Below, piece after piece: positions 50,844-61,750 of a stretch of 64,000 nt of DNA; the stretch's first letter is position 1; each line of letters starts with the position of its first letter. The position numbers and the translations under genes were made by a program. Source of the DNA: Heptranchias perlo. Taxonomy: Eukaryota. Below the pieces are notes generated by a model. That model saw nothing but the letters and a program-made list of their open reading frames with translations, was not told the DNA's origin and ran no database searches. Where the stretch lies: positions 38,192,001 through 38,256,000 of the forward strand of contig NC_090335.1 in NCBI RefSeq assembly GCF_035084215.1. Reading direction: 5' to 3'.

Positions 50844-52082
50844 GCTGTAATTTTTCCTATTTGTTGCAGCATCAGTCAGTGGAGGACTGCCCCTTTAAAT
50901 AGAGCTCCTCCAGCTGACAGACCTTACTGCGCATGCGCAGTCAGCCCGCCGCGCAGCTCAGCAGCGGGGAACCCGGAACAAGAGGTAAGTGGATCCAATT
51001 AGGCTGCGATCGCGCGCGGGGCAGACTGATTTCACCGGGCACGTTACCCACGCGCCCAATAGACCCCCCGCCGCGAACCCGCAGCCCTCCTAATATCGAG
51101 CCCATAGAGTACAAAAGCAAGGAAGTTATGTTGAACATTTATAAAACACTGGTTCGGCCACAACTGGAGTATTGTGTCCAATTCTGGGCATCACACATTA
51201 CGAAGGATGTGAAGGCCTTAGAAAGGGTGCAGAAAAGATTTACTCGAATGGTTCCAGGGATGAGGGACTTCAGTTACGTGGATAGACTGAAGAAGCTGGG
51301 TTTATTCTTCTTAGAGCAGAGAAGGTTGAGAGGAGATTTGATAGAAGGGTTCAAAATCATGAAGGGTTTAGATAAAGTAAATAAAGAGACACTGTTCTCA
51401 TTAGTGGAAGGGTCGAGAGCCAGAGGACACAGATTTAAGGTGATTGGCAAAAGAATCAAAGGCAACGTGAGGAAAAACTTTTTTATGTAGCAAGTAGTTA
51501 TGATCGGGAATCCACTGCCTGAAAGGGTGGTGGATACAAATGCGATAGTGGCTTTCAAAAAAGAATAGGATAAATATTTGAAGGGAAATGATTTTTCAGG
51601 GCTATGGGGAAAGAACGGGGGAATGGGATTAACTGGATTGCCGGCACATGCTCGATGGGCCCAATGGCCTCCTTCTGTAATGATTCTATGATTCTAAATC
51701 TCAGGATCCAGAAAAAGGGAAAGTCTGCACTCTTTTTTTAAACATTAAACAACTGCAGTTTAGTGGGTATTTAAAAAAATAGTCTTTTTTTATGAGTTTG
51801 TTTCTTGGAATTATTATTTTTAGCTATATACAAAGACCTGAATGAGAAAAGAAAATAGCAGTCAAAAGCTGTTTCATAAAAAATATGTTTGAATATTCGA
51901 TTGCTTTGTCTTGCATTAGTTGGTAGTTCCAGATTACTGGATTTGGAAAAAATCTTGTGTGATTTGATTGAGTGCTTTTGTTGTGCTCGTTTGTTGCTGA
52001 TTGGCAGTTTTTCCTACCTGTCTAGTGAATGGAAGTGTTGTTCTACTGCTTTGCATTTAAGCAATGTGTTATTTCAGCATCA

Positions 52083-52653
52083 TTACACCGAGTTGCATCG
52101 AGTTACATCAAAACTGCAGCACAGGAACAGGCCATTCGGAAAATCTGGTCTATGCTGGCATTTATGCTCCACATGAGCCTCCTCCCTCCCTACTTCATCT
52201 ATGCCTTTCAGCATACCCTTCTATTCCTTTCTCCTTCGTGTGCTATCCAGCTTCCCCTTAAATGTATCTATACTATTTGCCTCATCTACTCGTTGTGGTA
52301 GCATGTTCCACATTCTTACCACTCTTTAGGTAAAGAAGTTTCTCCTGAATTCCCTATTGGATTTATTAGCGACTATTTTATATTTATGACCTCTAGTTTT
52401 GGACTCCCCACAAGTGGAAACATTTTCTCTACGTCTACCCTATCAATCCTATCATTATCTTAAATACTTCTATCAGATCACCCCTCAGCCTTCTCTTTTC
52501 TGGAGAAAAGTGCCCCAGCCTGTTCAGCTTTTCCTGATAAGAATATCCTCTCAGTTCTGGTATCACCCTTGTGAATCTTTTTTGCACTTTTCCAATGCCT
52601 CTAAATTCTTTCTATAATATGGAGACCAGAACTGTGTACAATACTCCAAGTTT
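52083..52653 (-). mobile_element. CR1 3' fragment of a distinct subfamily (10-bp tail repeat)
   Basis: Minus strand LEYCTQFWSPYYRK at the 5' break; tail ACACCGAGTT GCATCGAGTT ACATC. Confidence 0.85.
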
Positions 52654-54095
52654 AACAAACAGTAGTTTATTTTTAACCAGTCATGATTTTCTTGCCCCAG
52701 CAAAGTTTTGTGAAAGACATATAATATTAAATTAATTTTAACTCAGAGTTGTTATCCTGATTCCCTGCCAGGGCTGCCATTTTGAATGAGGATAGATCCG
52801 TGATCTGTCACTGCATCTTTCTGCTCCACCCATATTTTAATCTTGTTTCACTGAAAGTGAGACCAGCTGGGTTGTAGTAGGACTCGAGCAGTTCTTTACA
52901 AAATGACATTTCACATTAAAAGAAAATGCCCTCCATAGGGATTAGGATGACGGTACAATGTGCATCTTCATTAAAGTACACACACAAAGCTTTCTAATCA
53001 TTTAGAGTTCTGCTTTGAAAAGAAGATAGCTCTTTGATTGCAAAGCTTTGTGTAGAAACAGCCTTTTATGAAAAGAAATTGAAAATAAGCTTTATATAAA
53101 TATATTAATTTATTTTGTGCATTTGATTCTGTTTCTCCTCAATGCAGGTTTGTGCTGTTGAAAGATGTTGCAATGTGAAAAAATATCCTGATGCACTAAC
53201 TAAATAGCAAGAATATCGCAGGATCCCTATTATAGAATACATGATTCAGTTCTGTCCCCTGAGTAAATGATCAGAGTGGTGACTGGTTCTGTGTTTTATT
53301 GATTTGATTGTAGTGATTAATGATCCCAGAGGGAGATGGTGTCTGGACACCAACAGACAGTTTTCAGTGCTTGGAATTTCAATACACCTAAAGAGATGAG
53401 AATCTTGTCTTGCGTTAGTTTGCCTAGGCTGTATTTCAATGCTATTAAAACGTCTCTCCAGATGAGTACTCGAGATCAGTGGAATTATTATCACTGGAAG
53501 GAAAGCCTGGTGACAGATTGAGATTGTAGGTCTTTTAAGATTGAGACCTTTTAAGTGCAATTAAATGATTTCACTGATTCTCTGTTATTAAACTAATCGG
53601 GTGAATAACCAACTTTTCGATAGCAAGAGGGGAAATGAAACCTTAATCCTCACAACTCAGAAATATCTATGTGTAATGCCTTCTGCAAATAATTCCCTTT
53701 ACAATCAATTGGAACATTTATAATGGCAAATAGAAGCAGAATTTATCTTGAAATTGGCCAAGTCTCCATTTGCCACTATAAATTAGCTAAATAACACATT
53801 TGACTCTGAACTGGTGATTGTTAATCCATGCCCACCTCAAAGGTAAGTTTCATGCTAGTGGTGTTGAGATGCATTGTACAAACTAGTGGCAGGTTCATAA
53901 CGTAGTGCCTCCTAACTGACACATTCTAACCTCGGCTTTCTCCCACTGGTTTTCCAGTGGATTTGGGGCAAATGGTGGGGATACACTCCACTGCATCCCT
54001 TTCAAATTTTCTGGAAGGTGGAATCAGTGGCATTAAATGTGGCTATTTAAATGTGGGAGGGGTGCATGCAAAATATATTGAAATTAATGAAGCAA

Positions 54096-54280
54096 GGGGA
54101 GATAATTTTCATCTTCTTCACTGTCTGGGCGGTAATGTGGTCGAGCGGATTGCCCGCCTTTTTAGAAACTGTCTGATTTTCATCCCATTAGTTTCAGTGG
54201 GCTGAAAATCAGGTGGGTTCTACAATGGGCAGTCGTTCCACTCTGTCAGATTACCATCCAGGCAGTGAAGGTGAACATTT
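54096..54280. mobile_element. Palindromic MITE (~185 bp)
   Basis: Centre CTGATTTTCATCCCAT...GTGGGCTGAAAATCAG; outer TTCACTGTCTGG / CCAGGCAGTGAA; half copy at ~63228-63292. Confidence 0.7.
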
Positions 54281-55487
54281 GTGTTTCTTGCCATTTGTCC
54301 TGTTTGAAGTTTGGACACCAGGACCACCTGTTAGGCCCTGCAATTCAATGTTCAGAGGTTGGTGGAAGAGGCCTTCGGAGATTTCTTCATAAAAGGGCAT
54401 GTGCAACTGTTCAGCGAACCTGACTGTACACTGGTTGGAGGAGCAGCAGCAAAAAATTGAAGAAAAGAATTTACAGGCAGCTTAGAGCCTTCCTTCTTCC
54501 TCCCACTGTAGTAGGCCTCCTAATTTTTGGTCCCGGTTCAGGGCAACTGCCTGGCAGAGGCTGGATGGCCTGCTTTCACCATGCTGGAAAGTTGGCGAGG
54601 ATCTCCTTGGTGGGTGAAAGCCATCATCTGTTTATGCAGCTGCCATTCTACCATTCCCTTTCTTTTTGCATTTATTTCTTTCATTCCAACTCTTCCATCT
54701 GATTGTTCTCCCGTTATGCCTCTTTTCTTGAAGCAATGTCCCATCAGTACCTTGCACAAGTTGCAATTTTTATGACTGATGGGATCATCACAGTCCAACC
54801 CAATCCTGTCCGCATCAATATTTGAATTTTCTTTCTGCACTATTTTTAGTGCACCAGTTCGTCCATTCACTTAAGTTCCTGCCTCTGCTATTTTAGCACA
54901 GTCGCTAACCCATTTATTTCAAGACAGAAATTTACAAAAATATTTTAACTGATGCATTAAATCAGTGCACACAGGAAATTAAACCCGTTAGTAGTTACAC
55001 ATATAAGGGCAGATCTTCCTGCCTGCCCCCACACCAGCACTGGACAGTAGCAGTACCTCGTGGGATTTCCTGTATTTGGCCATTTAGATGGAGATTGGCA
55101 GCCTGTAGGTCACAATTAGAATTCGACATCCAGGAGTAGGATGAATTTAAACACTTAAAGCATTCTCACCTCTGCTATTATTATTCTAACAGAATCTCAA
55201 GAACATTATTACCTTGTGAGTAACGAAGAGGTAGCTCTTCTCCTGTTTGATCCCTGATACATCTCTTTTTCTGGCCATCTCTTGTCCATGTAATCAGTTG
55301 GTTGCTAGGGATTATTCTCACAGTCTGAGGCACTAGACACTAGTTTCATTCTGCAGAATATCCTTCATTGTCTCTTTGGTTGTAGGGCTAGAGTCTTTCT
55401 CTCCTTGCTCATGCAAGGGTGTGTTTTAATCAGACAGTTGTCCTAGGATGAAGGCTCATCAGAAAATGAAAAATCAGTTTGAATTAT

Positions 55488-57729
55488 ACAGAATCATAGA
55501 ATCGTTACAGAAGGAGGCCATTTGGCCCATCGAGCCCATGCCAGCTCTTTGTAAGAGCAATCCAGTTAGTCCCATTCCCCCGCTCCTTCCCTGTAGCCTT
55601 GCAAATGTTTTTCCTTCAAATATTTATCCAATTCCTTTTTGAAAGCCATGATTGAATTTGCTTCCACCACCCTGTCAGGCAGTGCATTCCACATCATAAG
55701 TACTCGCTGCGTAAAAAAGTTTTTCCTCATGTCGCCTTTGATTCTTTTGCCAATCACCTTAATTCTGTGTCCTCTGGTTCTTGAACCTTCCACTAATGAG
55801 AACAGTTTCTCTTTATTTACTTTACCTAAACCCTTCATAATTTTGAACACCTCTATCAAATCTCCTCTCAAGCTTCTCTGCTCTAAGAATAACAGCCCCA
55901 GCTTCTCCAGTCGATCCATGTAACTGAAGTCCCACATCCCTGGAGCCATTCTAGTAAATCTTTCCTGCACCCTCTCTGGGCCTTCATATCCTTCCTAAAG
56001 TGCAGTGCCCAGAATTGGACACGATACTCTAGTTGTGCCGAACCAGTGTTTTATAAAGGTTCATCGTAACTTCCTTGCTTTTGCACTCTATGCCTCTATT
56101 TATAAAGCACAGGATCTTGTTTGCTTTTTTAACTGCTTTCTCAACCTGTCCTGCCACCTTCAAAAATTTGTGTACATATACCCCCAGGGCGCTCTGTTCC
56201 TGCACCCCTTTTAAAATTGTACCCTTTAGTTTATATTGCCTCTCCTCGTTCTTCCCGCCAAAATGTATCACTTCACACTTCTCTGTGTTAAATTTCATCT
56301 GCCATGTGACCGCCCATTCCACCAGCCTAATTATGTCCTCTTGAAGTCTATCACTATCCTCCTCACTGTTTATTACACTTCCAAGTTTTGTGTCATCTGC
56401 AAATTTTGAAATTGTGCCCTGTACATCCAAATCCAAGTCATTAATATATATCAAAAAAAGCAGTGGTCCTAGTACCGACCCCTGGGGAACACCACTGTAT
56501 ACCTTCCTCCAGTCCGAAAAAAAAACATTCACCAGTACTCTCTGTTTCCTGTCACTTAGCTAATTTCGTATCCATGCTGCCACTGCCCCTTTTATTCCAT
56601 GGGCTTCAATTTTGTTGACAAGCCTATTATGTGGCAATTTATCCAACGCCTTTTGAAAGTCCATCTACACAACATCAACCGCATTGTCCTCATCGACCCT
56701 CTCTGTTACTTCATCAAAAAACTTTATCAAGTTAGTTAAACACGATTTGCCTTTAACAAATCCGTGCTGGTTTCCTTTATTAATCCACGCTTGTCCAAGT
56801 GACTGTTAATTTTGTCCCGGATTATCGTTTCTAAAAGGTTCCCCACCACCGAGGTTAAACTGACTGGTCTGTAGTTGCTGGGTTTATCCTCACACCCTTT
56901 TTTGAAGAAGAGTGTAACATTTGCAATTCTCCAGTCCTCTGGCACCACCCCCATATCCAAGGAGGATTAGAAGATTATGGCCAACACCTCTGCAATTTCC
57001 ACCCTTACTTCCCTCAGCAAGCTAGGATGCATCTCATCTGGACCTGGTGACTCATCTACTTTGAGTGCCTGCGCTTTATCAATTTTTAGTATTTCAAATA
57101 CGTCCTCTTTTACTGTAACTTTGGCAGCATCTTCTTCCTTGGTAAAGACAGATGGAAAGTATTCATTTCGTACCTCGGCCATCCCCTCTGCCCCTATGCG
57201 TAGATCTCCTTTTTGGCCCCAAATCGGCTCCATCCCTCCTCTTTCTACCCGTTTACTATTTATATGCCTATTGAAGACTTTTGGATTCCCTTTCATGTTA
57301 GCCGCCAGTCTATTCTCATACTCTCTCTTTGCCCCTCTTATTTCCTATTTCACTTCTCCTCTATACTTTCTATATTCAGGCTGGTTCTCACTCGTATTAT
57401 CAACCTGGCATCTGTCATACACTCCCTTTTTCTGCTTCATCTTACTTTCTATCTCTTTCGCCATCCAGGGAGCTCTGGCTTTGGTTGCCCTACCTTTCCC
57501 CCTCGTGGGAATGTACCCAAGCTATACTCGAACCATCTCTTTAAAGGCTGCCCATTGTTCGATTACAGTTTTGCCTGCCAGTCTTTGATTTCAATTTACC
57601 CGGGCTGGATCCGTTCTCAACCCACTCCAATTAAGTATTTTTACTCTAGATTGCTCCTTGTCCTTTTCCATAACTAATCTCAACCTTATGATATTATGAT
57701 CACTGTTCCCTAAATGTTCCCCCACTGAC
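55488..57729 (-). mobile_element. 5'-truncated CR1 LINE, frameshifted
   Basis: ORFs 56967-57296, 56736-56960, 56029-56532 (GVPQGSVLGP, FADD) and 55566-55970; 6-bp TSD AATTAT at 55482-55487 and 57730-57735. Confidence 0.95.
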
Positions 57730-58271
57730 AATTATCATGTTGTTGATATCATAATGCCTGATTTGGCATTCCTGTAGCTGCCTGTTGTTGAGGGAGTTGG
57801 ATCTAGCACTGGGATTAATCATTCACCAGAACAGGTGCGTTTGGTTAGGATATCTGCTTGTAAATGTCACTCTAACTGATTCACTGAGTTGAGCCATGGG
57901 CATCTTTTGTTTTCTTGAAAGTTAAGAGCAGCAGACTGACGAACCCTTGGGTACAGAAAATATAAAGTGCCATGCTGTATTAATGGTGACTGGAGACAGG
58001 AATAATGACCTGGTCCTGTGCTCCCATAATTTGATTAGCCCTAGGTGATGATTGAACATGCCCTCTAGGAATTGTTGTATTACTTAGCACACTCTGTCCT
58101 AGTTCAGTATTGTAATTCTGGTCACATAAAATCATTATCAGCCTTCTTAGAATATTGAACATGACAAATTCTGTCTCTGAGAAACCATGTGGTATTATGG
58201 TAGGATTACTCTGTTACTGGCTACTACGAATGATTTTTAAAAAAAACAATCAATCAGACACTAAGTCACAA

Positions 58272-58439
58272 GGGGGTAGAATTTCTATGGGGTCTCTCCT
58301 GAACTCCTGCCATAACTTCGACAGATCAGCAGAAACCCTGGAGAAATGGCGTAAACAGCCGTTTCGCTGGGGTTTCTATAGATCTTCCACTGAAGCCATG
58401 GCAGGAGATTGGGATGGCTTCCACGGACATTTGACTCCC
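58272..58439. mobile_element. Palindromic MITE (~170 bp); related decayed copy at ~58650-58790
   Basis: CTCCTGCCAT / ATGGCAGGAG and AGAAACCC / GGGTTTCT inverted pairs; G-rich and C-rich termini. Confidence 0.65.
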
Positions 58440-59614
58440 TTGTGAAGTGCGGGATAGAGATTTGTTGTATCTCTTTTACCGGGCTGAGCTGGTGAGGTAA
58501 TTCTTTACATATCTGTAACTTGAACTACACTCCTCGTATTTACTGAAAATTGTCGATGGTTTGATTTTCTGCTTTTGCCTCGGATTTTGCTTCTTTTCTT
58601 CGAAGCATTTATAATCAGCATTAGCTTCTGAATCCAAATAATGACCTGCCATTTCCATGGGGGTTCTTCCAATCTCCTGTCATAACTGTGACAGAAGATC
58701 AGCAAAACCCTCATTCTCCCAATGTCCTGCTGTAACTGTCGGCTGTTCATGCCGTTGGCTTTGCACAAGATTTTGTCCATGAAAATTCTAGCAGATAATT
58801 GAGGTCCCACTATAATTTTTCAGAATCAGTGGAGATAAAATACACCATTTTTTTAAGCACTGTAATTTTGCAATAAAAAACATTTTCCTATATGACTTTT
58901 ATACACAATATTGCATTTGAACCTGATGATACAGTAATATCATTCCATTACTGCTTCTAAGTGGGTCCCCACAAGTTCTGTTTAAATGTGCTAAAAGTAG
59001 TGATTGTGTACATTTGAAATATCACATTTTGAAATCAGGGCCCATCCTTATTTCAGAGACTGGAGACCGCACTAAATTGAAGCCTTGTTTAATTCACTTC
59101 TGCTATTTATTTGGTTGACAACTTTACTGGAAACGAATGAAAATGTTTTAAATGCATCACCTTTGCATTGGCTATGAATCTCCATAAGTGGAAAGTTATA
59201 TTGGCCCGTAAATTGCTCCGAGTGGCGAACCAGCAGTGTTCGCCACTTATTAGATTTAAATTCACCCACTAAATTACCGTGTTCTTTTTGGAGGCAACTT
59301 CCTTGAACTGCGACTTCAAATAACATCAGCGTTCTTTCCCAGGCTGTGTGAGTAGTGAAAGGATCTCCACGGCCCCTCAACCAATTAGCTTGAAGCAAGC
59401 CACGCTGTGAGAACCAGGAAGAGCAGTTCATTCAAAAAACCGCGCAGACTAAAAACTAGGAAGTGCCTGATAAGGTATTATAAAATGACATTGAGAAAGT
59501 GAACTAAAGAGAGGAAAGGATTAAAATACTGCGATAAAAGAGACAGAAGGAAAAAGTAAAATTAAAATGTTTCAATTATTTTTTTTAAATGTCCAAAAAC
59601 TATTAATATCAGGA

Positions 59615-59813
59615 ATCTTACAACACCAGGTTATAGTCCAACAAATTTATTTTAAAATCACAAGCTTTCGGAGATTATCTCCTTCGTCAGATGATTGAAG
59701 GAGATAATCTCCGAAAGCTTGTGATTTTAAAATAAATTTGTTGGACTATAACCTGGTGTTGTAAGATTCCTTACATTTGTCCACCCCAGTCCATCACCGG
59801 CATCTCCACATCA
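59615..59813. mobile_element. Very young Penelope-like terminal fragment with perfect inverted duplication
   Basis: 75-bp perfect arms 59611-59685 and 59697-59771; direct repeat TATTAATATCAGGA at 59601-59614 and 59814-59827. Confidence 0.85.
59656..59696 (-). ncRNA. Minimal type I hammerhead ribozyme motif (Penelope-associated)
   Basis: AAUCAU-CUGACGA-A-GGAGA(UAA)UCUCC-GAAA-GCUU-GUGAUU: both core boxes, stem II, 6-bp stem I and palindromic stem III (AAGCUU). Confidence 0.75.
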
Positions 59814-60609
59814 TATTAATATCAGGAGTAATGAAACTCCACATTTTTAAAAGTTAATTTTTACTGCCAGAGAGGTTGTTTGGCAGTCATTAAGACTTAC
59901 CATGCTGTTAAGACTTAGTTTAGGACTAAAAAAACTGAGCGTATCTGTTTCATGGCAAGATCAGTTCTTTTCCAGCTGGGCAGAGGAGCAGTTTGGCACT
60001 GGTCCATTGATTCCATTGAGTGCAGCCAGTGCTAGCCCTTTAAGACAAAGCTGTCACATCGCTGGCGAACCAGGAAGAGCAAGTTCCGGATTTACGCATT
60101 TCACTGCGCCTGTGCGGTCGCTGGAACTTACCCATCGACTTCGCCACTAATAAGGGTGAGCGCTGTTAGGCTTACCGTTACTTTATAAGCAATTTCTGGG
60201 CCATTATTCACTGCAGTACTGGGTATGATTTTAGCGCTTTGGTTGAAATCAGTTGGCTCAAGCTAGTCATGTCAGTTAGATGCACGCTTATAAAAATGAA
60301 CCGGCTGAGGGACAGACCAAACAAAGGTGGCAACAATTCTTAAAATTATCAATGACTTACTACTTTTTAATGCATATAATCTAGAAGATTCTTTACATTT
60401 TGTTCTGCAGCAGCCATGTCTCCTGTCGACTTCATGCTTTTTGCGTGACACAAAACACTATATAGGAATGATGAACTCAATGGTACCTAAGTAATGGCCT
60501 GACCTTTTTTTTCGATAAGAGTAGTTCATTTTTTCAGTAGCTTTTTATTTTGCTGTGCTTATCTAAGTGAGCGGTGTCAATACTGGGAGTAGATCTCTTT
60601 ATTTTTGTA

Positions 60610-61014
60610 CTTAGAGTCAGCATCAAGCACTCACTGGTGGATAAAATACCGGTTAGGTACAGAGAAGAGATTTGTCACCAATGAACCGCAGTCCTAACCT
60701 CAGACGGGCCCTTTCTGGTCCTTGCCCACCCTTACTGTACTAGTGTGGCACTTACATTACCCATGTCAGCCATCACAATGACCTGTCTGAATGAGACTGC
60801 CAGTTTAGTCACAATTAGTGCCAATTTACTGGGAATTTTGTTTTGTGAACTCATGCCTAACAGGAATTGAGTTAAGACTGCCAAAACTCATTTACTTAGA
60901 ACTCTTACAAATATTGGAAAGTGTATACTTTCATCCCATCAGTCTAGGCTGGAATCAGACCAAGTCCCGGAGGTGAAAAGATGATGTTCTAACCCACTGT
61001 GCTGCTCAGTCCTC
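60610..61014 (-). mobile_element. LF-SINE-like ancient tRNA-derived SINE
   Basis: Head CACAGTGGGTTAG...CTTTTCACCTCCGGGACTTGGTCTGATTCCAGCCTAGAC; body CACAAAAC...AATTGGCACTAATTG...TGGCAGTCTCA resembles the LF-SINE consensus as I recall it. Confidence 0.6.
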
Positions 61015-61514
61015 ACAGCAGCTGTTTTTTCTAATGAAATGTTCTGGAGAGCAAAAGGCCAAACTGATTTTCCCAGTGGAGCCTCTTTCAGCGAGGAGGG
61101 TGGGCCTGGAAGGCACAGATGTCTTTGAATCATTGACACCAATGTCACTGTGTGCTCAGCTGAAACAAGATGTGCTGGTTGCAGGCTGACAGACCAACAT
61201 CAATTTCTACCCAGGCTCTAACCCTTCTCAAAAGAAATTATATACATCTGACCCAAAGATATTTCTTTTATTTTTATCATTTGTGCAGCTGTGAGAATGA
61301 GGAACAATGCTAACATTTAAAATGGACTAGATATGAAAATTATAAATTAGAGGGAACTTGTCATTGTAGATTTATTTCTAGTTTGATATTTAGAGAATCA
61401 GAGTATAGCATGTCGATGTCCAGGGCTGTTTCTCAGTCACTTTGATGACCTTGGATAAGGAGGAAAGATCTAAGTGAAGCAAACAGGAAAAGGAGCCAGG
61501 GCCAGAAGATGCTC

Positions 61515-61750
61515 AAAGAGGTAATTTTTTTCTTTTACTTTCTTTGTGGGGCCAGGAGGAGCAGGAGTTTAGGCCTTCCCTGCACCGGGTTCCCCTCCTT
61601 CCCGATCGTGAGACTCTCCTGAAACCCCCTTCCCGAAACTTACCTAACCGCCTTCGGTCCCGCTCGGGAGCACCTGCTGCCTGACATTCCGCTCCTGCCC
61701 GCCAGTTTTGGGCAAATAATTGGGGCTCAGATTTAAGCATAAATGAGGTG
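61515..61750. mobile_element. GC/CpG-rich MITE-like fragment
   Basis: GTGGGGCCAGGAGGAGCAGGAGT resembles the reverse complement of ATTCCTACTCCTCCAGGCCCAC at ~20914-20935. Confidence 0.45.

Larger units (their letters stand above)
49055..51103. mobile_element. PIF/Harbinger DNA transposon, non-autonomous deletion derivative (2049 bp)
   Basis: TIRs GGGCCTGATATTAG / CTAATATCGAGCCC (12/14); 3-bp TSD ATA (49052-49054, 51104-51106); two convergent gene fragments. Confidence 0.93.
48671..51696 (+). mobile_element. 5'-truncated CR1 split by a Harbinger (parts 48671-49054 and 51107-51696)
   Basis: HINDLDLGVQGTISKFAGD...ILGFINRGI | EYKSKEVML...; tail ATGATTCTATGATTCTA. Confidence 0.92.
59203..60202. 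mobile_element. Harbinger-type MITE carrying a nested Penelope fragment
   Basis: TIRs GGCCCGTAAATTGCT / AGCAATTTCTGGGCC (13/15); TSD ATT at 59200-59202 and 60203-60205. Confidence 0.88.

Noticed and set aside
50933-51490. 185-aa ORF as a novel fusion gene
   Set aside because: Chance in-frame join of the Harbinger right end with the CR1 ORF2 tail.
53125-53210. Splice-acceptor-like TTCTCCTCAATGCAG|G
   Set aside because: No convincing donor or open frame follows; isolated acceptors are common by chance.
56977-57677. Plus-strand ORFs of 203 and 154 aa
   Set aside because: Antisense shadows of the minus-strand CR1 ORF2.
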